Source of the DNA: an uncultured Verrucomicrobiae bacterium
GTDB taxonomy: Bacteria > Verrucomicrobiota > Verrucomicrobiia > Opitutales > JABDGR01
Length of the DNA: 64,000 bases
Direction: 5' to 3'
Assembly (NCBI GenBank): GCA_963765205.1
Contig: CAVXVB010000002.1
Coordinates: forward strand, 128,001-192,000
Part shown: positions 43,189 to 53,698 of the stretch, one piece after another
Numbering within the stretch: the stretch's first letter is position 1
Layout of the letters: every line of letters starts with the position of its first letter
Made by a program: the position numbers and the translations under genes
Notes under the pieces: model-generated
Seen by the model: only the letters and a program-made list of their open reading frames with translations
Told to the model about the DNA's origin: nothing
Databases searched by the model: none

Positions 43189-44220
43189 TCAGTCCCTTTC
43201 CCTAAATTCCCCCGCCCAGCCCGCGGCAAAATAAGTCAGGATGATGTCCGCGCCGGCGCGGCGGATGGCCAGCAGGGCTTCATCGCGCGCGGCGCGCCAG
43301 TCGAGCCAGCCGCGCTCGCCGGCGGCGAAAATCTGCGCGTATTCGCCTGAGACCTGGTAGGCCGCCACCGGCAGCCGCGAGTGCGCGCGCAAATCGGCGA
43401 TGATATCGAGGTAAAGCAGCGCCGGCTTGACCATGAGGATATCCGCGCCCTCGGCTTCGTCCAGCGCAGCCTCGCGCAACGCCTCGCGGCGGTTGGCGGG
43501 GTCCATCTGGTAGGTCGCCTTGCTCAGCGGCGGCTGGCCGGGCGCGCGCTTGCTGCCGACGGCGTCGCGAAACGGTCCATAATAGGCCGAGGCGTATTTC
43601 GCACAATAGGCCAGGATGCCGGTCGCCTCATGGCTGGCGGCGTCGAGCGCGCGGCGAATCGCTCCCACCCGCCCATCCATCATGTCCGACGGCGCGACGA
43701 AATCCACGCCCGCCCGCGCGTGCAACACCGCCATCTCGGCCAAAATCGCCACCGTGCGGTCGTTGTCCACCTCATCACCCCGCCGCGTCAGCACGCCGTC
43801 GTGCCCATGGGTCGTGTAGGGGTCGAGCGCGAGGTCCGCAAAAATCGGCAGCACCGGCGCGGCGGATTTGACCTCGCCCACCGCGCGTAGAACCAGCGAC
43901 CGCGGATTGAGCGCCTCGCGGCCCAGATCGTCCTTGCGCTTCGGATTCACTTTCGGAAACAGCGCCACGCCGCCCAAGCCGAGGTTGGCCAGCTCCCGGC
44001 AATGCGCGCCCAGGCCGCCCAAGGGAATCCGCGCCACCCCCGGCAGCGACGGAATCGGCTCCGGTTCCTTCCCCTCGCACACAAACACCGGCTGGATCAA
44101 CTGCGCCGGCACGAGGTGCGTCTCCCGCACCAAGGCGCGCAGGGCCGCCGTGCGACGCAGGCGGCGCGGCCGTTGCGGCAAATCGAGGCGAACCAAACCG
44201 GTTTTATCAGCCTTGGGCAT
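43189..44220 (-). CDS. hemB: Porphobilinogen synthase
   Basis: RPRRLR, ALDPYTTHGHDG, APSDMMDGR, MVKP and YQVSGEY motifs. Confidence 0.97.
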   Translation of the reverse strand: MPKADKTGLVRLDLPQRPRRLRRTAALRALVRETHLVPAQLIQPVFVCEGKEPEPIPSLPGVARIPLGGLGAHCRELANLGLGGVALFPKVNPKRKDDLGREALNPRSLVLRAVGEVKSAAPVLPIFADLALDPYTTHGHDGVLTRRGDEVDNDRTVAILAEMAVLHARAGVDFVAPSDMMDGRVGAIRRALDAASHEATGILAYCAKYASAYYGPFRDAVGSKRAPGQPPLSKATYQMDPANRREALREAALDEAEGADILMVKPALLYLDIIADLRAHSRLPVAAYQVSGEYAQIFAAGERGWLDWRAARDEALLAIRRAGADIILTYFAAGWAGEFRERD

Positions 44221-44303
44221 CGGAACCGACAATCCTGCCAGAATCCGCCCCCCGGCGAAAGCCAGAAAAATCACCAAAATAATCTGCTTTGCCTGCTCCG
44301 TTT

Positions 44304-44345
44304 TTACTTCTTAATTCTTAAACCTTACTTCTTAATTCCTGATTC
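44304..44345 (+). repeat. Six tandem heptamers (TTACTTC/TTAATTC), single arm
   Basis: ttacttc ttaattc ttaaacc ttacttc ttaattc ctgattc, ending 5 bp before the cysS ATG. Confidence 0.7.
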
Positions 44346-44350
44346 ACCCC

Positions 44351-45812
44351 ATGTCTCTGCGCCTCCACAACACCCTGACCCGCGCGGTCGAGCTTGTCGC
44401 GCCCACCGCGCCCGACGGCGTCTTCCGCCTGTATTGCTGCGGGCCGACGGTGTATGGCCCCGCGCATATTGGCAATTTCCGCACCTTCGTCGTGCAGGAC
44501 GTCCTCCGCCGTGCTATCGAAATCGAATGCGGCCCCGCCCGCGTGCTGCACGCCCGCAACCTCACTGACGTGGATGACAAAACTATCCGCGAGTCCCAGG
44601 CCGCCGGCCAGTCCCTCGCCGATTTCACGCGCGGCTGGACGGAAAAATTCCGCGCCGACGGCCTCGCCCTCAGTTTGCGGCCCGTCCATTTCGAGCCGGG
44701 CGCCATCGCCCATATCCCCGAACAAGTCGCCCTCATCGAAAAATTGCTCGCCCACGGCCACGCCTACCGCGCGGACGACGGCTCGGTGTATTTCAAAGTC
44801 TCGTCCTTTGCGCGCTATGGGCAGCTTTCGCACTTGAAGCTCGCAGAGTTGGAAACCCAGCACGCCAACAGCGCCGGCCAGCTCAATGAAGCCGACGAAT
44901 ACTCGCGCGAGCACGTCGCCGATTTCGCGCTCTGGAAGGCGCGCAAGCCCGAGGACGGCCCCAACTTCTGGCCCAGCCCCTGGGGCGAAGGTCGCCCCGG
45001 CTGGCACATTGAGTGCAGCGCGATGATCGAAAAAGTCTTCGACGGCGCGACCATTGACCTGCACGGCGGCGGCGTGGACCTGATGTTCCCGCACCACGAA
45101 AACGAAATCGCCCAATCCTGCTGCGCGCACGATGGCGACGCCAGTTACGCCTTCGTGCGCCACTGGTTCCACAGCGCGCACCTGCTTGTGGACGGGCGCA
45201 AGATGTCCAAAAGCCTCGGCAATCTCTACACGCTCGCCGACATCGAAAAAATGGGCTTTGCCCCCACCGTGCTGCGCTACGCGCTCCTCGCCGGCCACTA
45301 CCGCTCGCCCCTCAATTTCTCCAAGCACGGCCTCGAAGCCGCCGATAGCGCCGTCCACAAACTCGACAAAAACCTGCGCGCCCTCGCCGCGCGCGCGGCG
45401 GGCGACCCCGCGAAGGCGCCGGAACTCATTGCCCGCCTGAAAAAATCCGCGCCCGAAGCCCTCCGCTGGGGTCGCTACGCCACCGCCTGGACCGCGCTGT
45501 CAGACGACCTCAACGTCCCCGGCGCCCTCGGCGAAATTTTCAAAATCGAGCCAAAAACCGCCACGATTGAGCAGGCAATGGAAGACCTTGAAGGCTTCAT
45601 CAAAATCACCGTCGTCGCGCTCGGGCTGGACCTGCCCCTGCCCGAGATTCATGACTGCAGCCCCCGCCGAAATCACCGCCCTCGCCCAAGCCCGCTGGGA
45701 CGCCAAACAAGCCAAAAACTTCGCCCAAGCCGACGCCCTCCGCCAGCAAATCGAATCCCACGGCTGGAAAGTCCTCGACCGCAAGGACGGCTTCGGGCTG
45801 GAAAAGCTTTGA
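44351..45812 (+). CDS. cysS: Cysteine--tRNA ligase, frameshifted near 45650
   Basis: [23 protein letters not shown] and KMSKS. The anticodon-binding end ([18 protein letters not shown]) lies in the next frame. Confidence 0.96.
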
Positions 45813-45875
45813 GCACACACCGTCGAATATACAATGTCTGGTCGCCACCAAAAGCTTCGGTTTGTGTACAGCCTA

Positions 45876-46901
45876 GAGCATTTTCGATTTAGATAGACGC
45901 ATATTGGGCATGACCAAAGAAGCCTTGGCAATGGGTGGAGGTGAAGGAGGCGAGGGCTGGAACCAAAGCGGTTTGGAGGTCCGTGAGGGTTCGTGCGGCG
46001 GCTTGCCGAAGATGGGCTTTGAGTTTGGCGAAGGCCTGTTCGATGGGGTTGAGATCGGGGCTATACGGCGGCAGATAGCGCACGCGGGCGCCGCGGGCGG
46101 CCAGCACCGCGGCGACGCTGGCCGTTTTGTGGGTGGCGAGGTTGTCGAGGATCACGGTGTCGCCCTCCCGCAATTCCGGGCCGAGCACTTGTTGGAGGTA
46201 GGCGGTGAACACGTCGGTGTCCACTGCGCCTTCGATCAGAAAAGGCGCAGTCACGGCGTCCACGCGCAACGCGGCGATAAAGGTGGAAGTGTGCCAGTGC
46301 CCGTGGGGCACGCGCCCGAGGCAACGCTGGCTGCGCGGGGCCCGCCCATACAGCCGCGCCATCTTGGTGTTCAAGCCGGTCTCGTCGATGAAGACCAACC
46401 GTCGGCTGTCCCAGCTGGGCTGATCCTGGCGCCACTGGTGCCGGGCCGCTTTAACGTCGGGTTCGATCTTGCTCGGCGGCGCGCGTCGTTTTTTTTATAG
46501 CTCAAGCCCAGCCGCTCCAGCCGGTGCCACAGCGCGTTGAGGCCCAGCCGCACGCCGAGTTGCTCGCGGCAGCGCGTTTGCAGTTGCGCCAGCGTCAGGT
46601 CGGGCTGCGCCGCGATCCACGCCCGCACCTTGCGCTCATGCTCCGCCAGCCGGGAGCGGCGGCAGCCGCCGATTTGTTTCGGCCGGCAGTGGCCCCGGCG
46701 GCGGTATTGGTTCCAGAAGCGTTCGGCGCTGCTGCGGCTGACCCCAAAACGGCGGCAGACCTCGCCCGTGCCTTCCCCGGCTTCGCGCGCCCGCACGATG
46801 CGCTGGCGCAAATCTTCCGAGAGTGGTTTCATGGTGGTGGCCTCCTTTTCCACCATTATACACCGCTTTCAGCAATACGTCTATTTAAATCGAAAATGCT
46901 C
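45876..46901 (-). mobile_element. IS630-family element (orfA 46371-46832, DDE orfB ending at 45889)
   Basis: TIR GAGCATTTTCGATTTAr ATAGACG, TA duplication, FIDETG, ILDNL..HK, LPPYSPDLNPIE, A8 run at 46489-46496. Confidence 0.95.
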
Positions 46902-47335
46902 TAGAAGGCAAGCTTGACGTACTTTACGGGAACAGAGAAAGTCTAGGAGACAAGGAACAAAGTCATCGTTATAATGCCAACCAATACGTCGGGTCTCGAC
47001 CATAGATATGGCATCCCTGGTAGTTAATCGGATGACGGAAATCGCCAAAAACACAAAATTTGATGACAAAATGGTTCCGGTAAAATGCTTACGGCGGGCC
47101 ATCAGAGAAGCCAAAGAAGAAATTTATGAGGCGCAGGGAATGAAAAATTGCACGCCTTTGGAAAAAGAGAAGTTTTTCTTTAACAAACCAACTGATTTTC
47201 TGCTTGGGTAACAGAGCAGTATAGCGCACTTTCAAAGAACAGCATTATTTGGCCAGAAGATATGCGTGCCGGAACTTTAGATTTTATTGAATCAGTGAGT
47301 CATCGAGCGGGCATTACCCATTGGAAAGGTTCGGC

Positions 47336-48211
47336 CTACTTTTTCTTCCCACTTTTCTTGGGCGGAGGGCGTTTGGCAGGGGATTTGGGCTTTTCCTCGT
47401 CCTCGTCGTCCTCATCTTTGTCTGCGTCCACGGTGTCTTCTTCTTCGTCGACCTTGTCCTCCGTGTCGGCTTCGTCGTCCTCGTCTTCGTCGTCGGCGAG
47501 GGCGTCGAGGTCTTCAGTGGCTTCCTCTTCCTTTTTCTCCTCTTCGTCATCCCACTTCATGGTTTCGTCTTCCTCGATTTTTTCATCTTCGATTTCGGGG
47601 AAATCCTCGGCGGCGGCCTCTTCGGTGGCGCCCTTTTCGGACTCCTCGTGCGTATGCTCCACGTCCTCGTCCACCTCGAAGCCCTTGGGGACGTATTCTA
47701 GGATGTCGGTGATTTCCTGGAAGGCGTGCAGCGCGCGGCCTTCGAGGAAGGCGTTGTGGTGGTCCTCGCGGATTTCCTCCTCGAGGTCCTCGACGGTCAG
47801 GTGTTTTTCCAAGTCAATGGCGTCGTTGAGGAACTTGACGCGCAGCTTGGTGATGTGGTCGAGGAAGTCCGCGTAGGGGCCTTTTTCCTCATCCACCTGG
47901 TCGGGCAGGGCAAAGAGTTTTTCGTCGGATTCAAGGAGCGACTCGTGCGCGCGGGAGAGCTTGACCTTGTTGTCGGGGAGGGTCTCCTTGATGGTGAAGG
48001 GGATAAATGCGGCGTCGAAGATGTCGGGCTGAAAGCCGTAGTCGCGCAGCGGGTCGAGCAGGTCGAGGATGTGGGCGAGCTGGCGCGGGTCAATGATGGA
48101 CAGGCCGTCCACGTCCCAGCGGACGCTGTCGCTGACTTCAGCGACCCACCAGTTGAGGTCGTCACCGAGGCGCACGATGCACCATTCGAGTTTAGGCAAG
48201 GGCTTTGGCAT
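47336..48211 (-). CDS. Hypothetical protein with a long Asp/Glu-rich tail
   Basis: Globular N-terminus, about 80 aa acidic tail, Lys-rich end. Confidence 0.85.
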   Translation of the reverse strand: MPKPLPKLEWCIVRLGDDLNWWVAEVSDSVRWDVDGLSIIDPRQLAHILDLLDPLRDYGFQPDIFDAAFIPFTIKETLPDNKVKLSRAHESLLESDEKLFALPDQVDEEKGPYADFLDHITKLRVKFLNDAIDLEKHLTVEDLEEEIREDHHNAFLEGRALHAFQEITDILEYVPKGFEVDEDVEHTHEESEKGATEEAAAEDFPEIEDEKIEEDETMKWDDEEEKKEEEATEDLDALADDEDEDDEADTEDKVDEEEDTVDADKDEDDEDEEKPKSPAKRPPPKKSGKKK

Positions 48212-48399
48212 AAGAAGGCTTTGCCTTCCCCAAAAAGGCATCGCCCGGCATTTGTCAACCTATGTAATGAAATATATTTGAGGCGGGGGTGGGGGGTGGG
48301 AGGTGTCTGCCGGGCGGTGCGGGGACGGGAAACGGAGGGCTTTACCTTGGTGCGGAGATGATTGCCAAGCGCGGATGACGTCCATAAGGTGGGCGTTCC

Positions 48400-49458
48400 A
48401 TGGGTGTCATTTACGAAAAGATCTTCCGGCCCCGGCTGTTCAGCCACGACGCCGAGAAGTCCCACGAACAGGCGCTGGTGGCGCTGCAAACCCTCGCCAA
48501 GGCGGGGCCGCTGTGCTCCCTGCTGGCCTGGGCCAACCGCGTCCACGGCGCGCGGCCCATTGAACTGTTCGGCCTGAAGTTCCCCAACGCAGTCGGTCTG
48601 GCTGCCGGGTTCGATAAGAACGCCGTAGGCTGCCGCGCGGCGCCGGCGCTGGGCTTTGGTCATGTCGAGATCGGCACGGTCACGCTCCACGCGCAGCCCG
48701 GCAACGCCCGCCCACGGATGTTCCGCCTGCCGGAGCAGGAGGCCCTCATCAACCGCCTCGGTTTCCCCAACGATGGTTCGGAGGCCGTCGCGCAGCGCTT
48801 GGCGCGGTTTCCGTTGAAGCTGCGCCGCATCCCGCTGGGCGTCAATCTCGGCAAGTCGAAGAGCGTGCCCCTCGAACAGGCGGCCAACGATTACCTGGCC
48901 TCGTTCAACCTGCTGGCCGACCACGCGGACTATTTCGTCATCAACGTCTCCAGCCCGAACACGCCGGAATTGCGCCGGCTCCAGACGCAGGAATTTTTGC
49001 CGGGGCTGCTCAAGCTCATGCGCAAAAGCGCGCGCGACCGCGCCCGCAAGCTCGGCGCGCGCCCCGTGCCGCTGCTGCTCAAAATCGCGCCCGACCTGAC
49101 CTTCGCGGAGATTGACGAACTACTCGCCACCGTCGCCGAGCACGAGCTGGACGGCGTCATCGCCACCAACACCACGGTCGCGCGCCCCGGCATTGAGGGT
49201 GCCACCGAATCCGGGGGCCTCAGTGGCCGCCCGCTGCACGCGCGCGTCGTCGAGATCGTCCGCTTCATTTCCCTGGCGACGCAGGGCCGGCTGCCCATCA
49301 TCGGCTGCGGCGGCATCCTCGGCCCCGCCGACGCGCACCGGCTGATGGACAACGGCGCGGGGCTGGTCCAGCTCTACACCGGGCTGGTTTACCGCGGCCC
49401 GTTTTTCGCGCGCGACCTCGCCCACGCGCTGGCCTGGCGGCACAAGGAGTGGGTCTAA
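48400..49458 (+). CDS. pyrD: Quinone-dependent dihydroorotate dehydrogenase
   Basis: GLAAGFDKN, NVSSPNT, KIAPD and GGLSG motifs. Confidence 0.97.
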   Translation: MGVIYEKIFRPRLFSHDAEKSHEQALVALQTLAKAGPLCSLLAWANRVHGARPIELFGLKFPNAVGLAAGFDKNAVGCRAAPALGFGHVEIGTVTLHAQPGNARPRMFRLPEQEALINRLGFPNDGSEAVAQRLARFPLKLRRIPLGVNLGKSKSVPLEQAANDYLASFNLLADHADYFVINVSSPNTPELRRLQTQEFLPGLLKLMRKSARDRARKLGARPVPLLLKIAPDLTFAEIDELLATVAEHELDGVIATNTTVARPGIEGATESGGLSGRPLHARVVEIVRFISLATQGRLPIIGCGGILGPADAHRLMDNGAGLVQLYTGLVYRGPFFARDLAHALAWRHKEWV

Positions 49459-49460
49459 TT

Positions 49461-49542
49461 AATGGAAAATGGAAGATGGAAAATGGAAAAATAAATTTCC
49501 ACGAGTCCGGTTTTTTCCATTTTCCATCTTCCATTTTCCATT
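49461..49542. repeat. Perfect 31-bp inverted repeat built of ATGGAAA heptamers
   Basis: AATGGAAAATGGAAGATGGAAAATGGAAAAA-N20-exact reverse complement. Confidence 0.95.
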
Positions 49543-49545
49543 CTC

Positions 49546-50274
49546 ATGGTTTCTTACTCCATCGTCATCCCCGCCTACAACGAGGAGGCGCATCTGCCGG
49601 GGACCTTGGCCGCCGTGCATACGGCGATGCGTGCGGTGCCCGAGCCGGGCGAGGTCGTGGTCGTGGACAACAACTCGACCGACCGCACCGCCGCGGTGGC
49701 GCGCGAGCAGGGCGCGCGCGTCGTCTTCGAACCGGTCAACCAGATTTCCCGCGCGCGCAACGCCGGGGCCAAGGCCGCGCAGGGCGCCTGGCTGGTGTTC
49801 CTCGATGCCGACACGCTGCTGCCCGCGGAGCTGCTCGCGCGGGCCATCGAAAATCTGCGCGCGGGGAAAATCGCCGGCGGCGGCGCGCTGATGGAAATGG
49901 ACGGGCCGATTGACCCGCGTTACCAGCGGGTCGTGGACGGGTGGACGTGGGTCTCGCGCAAACTGCAATGGGCGGCGGGCAGTTTTGTGTATTGCACGCG
50001 CGAGGGCTTCGACGCCGTGGGCGGCTTTTCGCTGAAGGTTTACGCCGGCGAGGAAGTGTTTTTCTCCCATGCTTACACGAAATGGGCGCGGCGGCAGGGG
50101 CGCACTTTTTGCATCGTGGAAAGCCCGCGCGTGCGCACCTCCGCGCGCAAGATGCAGTGGTATTCCCCCGCGCAAATGCTGGGCCTGCTCGGGGTGATGA
50201 TCGTCTGCCCGATGGCCGTCCGCAGCAAACGCCTCTGCGCGTTTTGGTATCGCCGGCCCAAGCCGGCGGCCTAA
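49546..50274 (+). CDS. Glycosyltransferase family 2
   Basis: SIVIPAYNEE, VDNNSTD, ARNAG and FLDAD motifs. Confidence 0.93.
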   Translation: MVSYSIVIPAYNEEAHLPGTLAAVHTAMRAVPEPGEVVVVDNNSTDRTAAVAREQGARVVFEPVNQISRARNAGAKAAQGAWLVFLDADTLLPAELLARAIENLRAGKIAGGGALMEMDGPIDPRYQRVVDGWTWVSRKLQWAAGSFVYCTREGFDAVGGFSLKVYAGEEVFFSHAYTKWARRQGRTFCIVESPRVRTSARKMQWYSPAQMLGLLGVMIVCPMAVRSKRLCAFWYRRPKPAA

Positions 50275-50308
50275 AGCGATGGAGACGCCTTTTCAACCCC
50301 AAATAAAA

Positions 50309-50390
50309 TTCACCGCCAAGGCGCAAAGAACGCAAAGGATGATTTTAGAATTACCGCCATTCTTTGCGTTCTTTGCGCCCTGGCGGTGAA
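50309..50390. repeat. Inverted tandem 9-mer arms (CGCAAAGrr x3)
   Basis: TTCACCGCCAAGGCGCAAAGAACGCAAAG-N24-CTTTGCGTTCTTTGCGCCCTGGCGGTGAA, 28/29 complementary. Confidence 0.92.
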
Positions 50391-50410
50391 CATCAGTTTG
50401 AAAACCGAAC

Positions 50411-51367
50411 TTAGCTCGCCGTGGCGGCGGCCATTTCGGTGCGGGCTTTTTCGGCCAGCGCGGTCGAGATGTAGCGTTCGCCGGCGCTCGCGGCCACGAC
50501 GACGATTTTCTTGCCCGCCGAGCTGGGGCGCTTGGCGACTTCCAGCGCGGCCCAAATCGTTGCGCCACTGGAGATGCCGACGCAGAGGCCTTCCTCGGTC
50601 GAGAGTTTCTGCGCCGTGGCAAAAGCGTCCTCGTTAGTCACCTGGATGGTTTCGTCAAGGATGGCGGTGTTGAGATTTTTCGGGATGAAGCCGGCGCCGA
50701 TGCCTTGGATTTTATGCGGGCCGGGCTTGCCCCCGGAAATCACCGCGCTGTTCGTCGGCTCGACGGCGATGGAATGCAGCTTGCGGCGCTGTTTGATGAC
50801 TTCGGAGACGCCGGTGATGGTGCCGCCGGTGCCGACGCCCGCGATGAAGATGTCCACCTGGCCCTCGGTGTCGCGCCAGATTTCCTCGGCGGTGGTGGCG
50901 CGGTGGATGGCGGGGTTGGCGGGGTTGTCGAATTGCTGCGGCATGAAGCCGTTCGCGCCGTGCTCGGCGAGGATTTGGTTCGCGCGCTCGATGGCGCCGC
51001 GCATTCCGGCCGAGCCGGGCGTTAGCACGATTTCCGCGCCCAACATGCGCAGCAGCACGCGGCGCTCCATGGACATCGTCTCGGGCATCGTCAAAATGAT
51101 CCGGTAGCCCTTTGCGGCGGCGACGAAAGCGAGGGCGATGCCGGTGTTGCCGGAAGTCGGCTCGATGATGACCATGCCGGGCTTGAGGCGGCCGTCTTTT
51201 TCGGCGGCTTCGATCATCGCGCGCCCGATGCGGTCCTTGACGGACGAGAGCGGGTTGAAGAACTCGCACTTGACGATGACTTCGCCCGGCAGCCCGGCGG
51301 AGAGTTTATTCAGGCGCACCAAAGGCGTGTTCCCGACGGTGGCGACGATGCTCGAGTAGATGTTCAT
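50411..51367 (-). CDS. cysK: Cysteine synthase A
   Basis: SVKDRI, TSGNTG, GVGTGGT and HKIQGIG motifs. Confidence 0.97.
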   Translation of the reverse strand: MNIYSSIVATVGNTPLVRLNKLSAGLPGEVIVKCEFFNPLSSVKDRIGRAMIEAAEKDGRLKPGMVIIEPTSGNTGIALAFVAAAKGYRIILTMPETMSMERRVLLRMLGAEIVLTPGSAGMRGAIERANQILAEHGANGFMPQQFDNPANPAIHRATTAEEIWRDTEGQVDIFIAGVGTGGTITGVSEVIKQRRKLHSIAVEPTNSAVISGGKPGPHKIQGIGAGFIPKNLNTAILDETIQVTNEDAFATAQKLSTEEGLCVGISSGATIWAALEVAKRPSSAGKKIVVVAASAGERYISTALAEKARTEMAAATAS

Positions 51368-51598
51368 GGGGGGAAGAGTTTTTTAGTGTTTTGGTTTTTG
51401 GTTCTCTAGTTGGGCCGGCTTGTAGGTGCTTAGTTGAAAGGAGGATGGGAGAAAAGAATGAAGTGCAAAAAGTGGTTTGTTGGGTATCTTGGGTTAGATA
51501 CTCAAGATAAAAACCAAATGAACAGGGTTAACGCAAGCCAAAAGCGAAGATTATTATGTGTAGAATGGTGGCGCGATGGGCCGTTTGGTTGAATTAGT

Positions 51599-52642
51599 TT
51601 ACCGCGCCCCGAGCGATTCCCACACCTGTTTGGCTTTATCGGCGAGAGTTTGGCGGCAGGCGGCGACGGCCGCTTCGCGACTTTTGAGGTTTTCGTTGGC
51701 GATGGCGGCGAGGTCGTCGAGGTTGAAGAGAAAAACGTTTTCCAAGCCCGCCGCCGCCGGCTCGATGTTGCGGGGCACGGCGAGGTCAATCACGAAGAGC
51801 GGGACGCCGGCGCGCCGGGCGGTGGCTTCCGCGAGTTGCGCGCGTGTTATGATAGGTGTTTCGGTGGTGAGCGCGCCGAGCACGATGTCGGCTTGGGCGA
51901 GTTGTTCGGGCACGCGGTTGAGTTCCACGGCGACACATTCGTGTTTCATGGCGACCTCGAAGGCGTGCGCGAGGCTGCGACTGGCGATGGTCACGTCGCG
52001 CGCGCCGCGGGTGCGCAGCGCCTGTAGCACGCTCTGGCCGGCTTCGCCCGCGCCGATGAGCAGCACGCGGCTGTGGCCCAGCCCGCCAAACATGCGGGTG
52101 GCCAACTCGACGGCGACTGAGCCGATGCTGACCGCGCCGCGCCCGATGGCGGTGTTGGTCCGCGCCCACTTCGCCGCCTGGAAACTTTTTTGGAAGACGC
52201 GGTTGAGCACCGGCCCCGCCGCGCCGCGCTGGGTGGCGTCGGCATACGAATCCTTCACCTGCCCGAAAATTTCCGTCTCGCCGAGCATCTGCGAATCCAG
52301 GCCCGCGGCGACGCTGAAGGCGTGCTCGACCACGGCCGCGCTCTGTTTGAAAAACGTGTAGGGTTCGACTTCGCCCGGCTCGAGTTGGTGCAGGCGGCTA
52401 ATTTCCTCGAGCAGGCGCGCGCGCAACGCCGCAGCCTCGACCGCGTCTTTCGCCACGCCGTAAAGCTCAACGCGGTTGCAGGTATTGAGGACGAGGCACT
52501 CGGACAAGTTCATCTTCTCGCGCAGTAAGGCATAAATCGCCTCGAGGCGCTCCGGCGGCACGGACAACCGCTCGCGCACCGCCAGCGGTGCGGTGCGGTG
52601 CGTGCTGCCGAGCAGGAAGATGCCGGGGCCGGAGGAATCCAT
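51599..52642 (-). CDS. hemA: Glutamyl-tRNA reductase (short form)
   Basis: TCNRVE, GLDS..LGE.EI.GQVK, GAGE and DLAVPRNI motifs. Confidence 0.95.
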   Translation of the reverse strand: MDSSGPGIFLLGSTHRTAPLAVRERLSVPPERLEAIYALLREKMNLSECLVLNTCNRVELYGVAKDAVEAAALRARLLEEISRLHQLEPGEVEPYTFFKQSAAVVEHAFSVAAGLDSQMLGETEIFGQVKDSYADATQRGAAGPVLNRVFQKSFQAAKWARTNTAIGRGAVSIGSVAVELATRMFGGLGHSRVLLIGAGEAGQSVLQALRTRGARDVTIASRSLAHAFEVAMKHECVAVELNRVPEQLAQADIVLGALTTETPIITRAQLAEATARRAGVPLFVIDLAVPRNIEPAAAGLENVFLFNLDDLAAIANENLKSREAAVAACRQTLADKAKQVWESLGAR

Positions 52643-53505
52643 CAGTGGGAGGCGGTTGGGGTTGAGGACACGGCATTGTTCGCCGCGGGCGCGTTGTCCT
52701 GTTGGGCGCGCGAAACGGGCCACAAAGAAAAAATGGCGAGCGCAAACAGCCCGACGCAACACCACGCATACGAACGCGCGACAAGGCGGTTGCGCCAGCG
52801 CAGCCACGCGACCACGAGGTAGCCGGCCCAGACGCCGATGGTCACAATTAACTTGGCCGGGCCGACGCCGCCGGGTTCCTGGATCCAGTCGAGCACGCCG
52901 AGGGCAACGGCCACGCTCAAGGCCCACGCGCCGACGAGGAGCAATTGCCGGTTCAGCGCGTCCAATTCCGCCAGCGAGGGCAGCAGCCGGAAAATCCCGG
53001 TGAAACGCTTGCGCTCCAGCCCGTGCCGCTGGAGCAGATACATCAGCGCTGTGACCGCGAGCAGCCCAAACACGCCATAGCTGAAGACGGCGAGCGCGAC
53101 GTGAAATTCAATCCACGGGTTGCCCGCCCCGGCGACGCCCGCGGCCTGTGCCTGCGCGCTCGGCAGGAAGAGCGACCCAACGCCCAAGCCTGCCGCCAGC
53201 CCGGCGGCAAATAACCCGAGCAGCCGCAATTGCAGCGTCGCGCGCAAAATCAATTGCAGAAAAACGGTGACCCAGGCCAGCGACTGCACCAACTCGAAGG
53301 CGTTGCCCACCGGCAGCGAATGCGTCTCCAGGCCGCGCAGGTAAAGCCCGGTACTCTGGGCGAGGAACGCGGGGAGGATCAGTGCATAAAAAATGGGCCG
53401 GTCGTGCTCGCGCCCGCGCGCCGCCGCGGAGACCGCGTAGCCGAAACCGAGCAGATAAAGCACGGTTGCGGCATACAAGAAGGCAATGGGCGGGTTGTCA
53501 AACAT
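52642..53505 (-). CDS. ccsA: Cytochrome c assembly protein (CcsA/HemX-like)
   Basis: About 8 TM segments, WIEFHVAL, QRHGLERK; stop overlaps the hemA start. Confidence 0.8.
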   Translation of the reverse strand: MFDNPPIAFLYAATVLYLLGFGYAVSAAARGREHDRPIFYALILPAFLAQSTGLYLRGLETHSLPVGNAFELVQSLAWVTVFLQLILRATLQLRLLGLFAAGLAAGLGVGSLFLPSAQAQAAGVAGAGNPWIEFHVALAVFSYGVFGLLAVTALMYLLQRHGLERKRFTGIFRLLPSLAELDALNRQLLLVGAWALSVAVALGVLDWIQEPGGVGPAKLIVTIGVWAGYLVVAWLRWRNRLVARSYAWCCVGLFALAIFSLWPVSRAQQDNAPAANNAVSSTPTASH

Positions 53506-53698
53506 GCGGCGGCAGGGTGGGGCAACCCGGCATCCTAGCGCGCGCCCGGGTCGCGCTCAAGGCGGAAGTGGCCCTGGGGTAGTTTCCAGCGCAAACCTGG
53601 TTGGTTGGGCCAGGCCGGCGATTCGTAAATATATTTCCTGTGGCGCTGTTTCCGTTGCTTTATCCCCAATTTGAGGTAAGATGCCTTCTCTTTTCCCC

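Noticed and set aside
49449..49913. ORFs starting with NGKWKMENGK-type peptides
   Set aside because: Translation artefacts of the heptamer palindrome.
51378..51412. TTTTGGT-like repeats upstream of cysK as another heptamer arm
   Set aside because: The period is irregular and there is no inverted partner.
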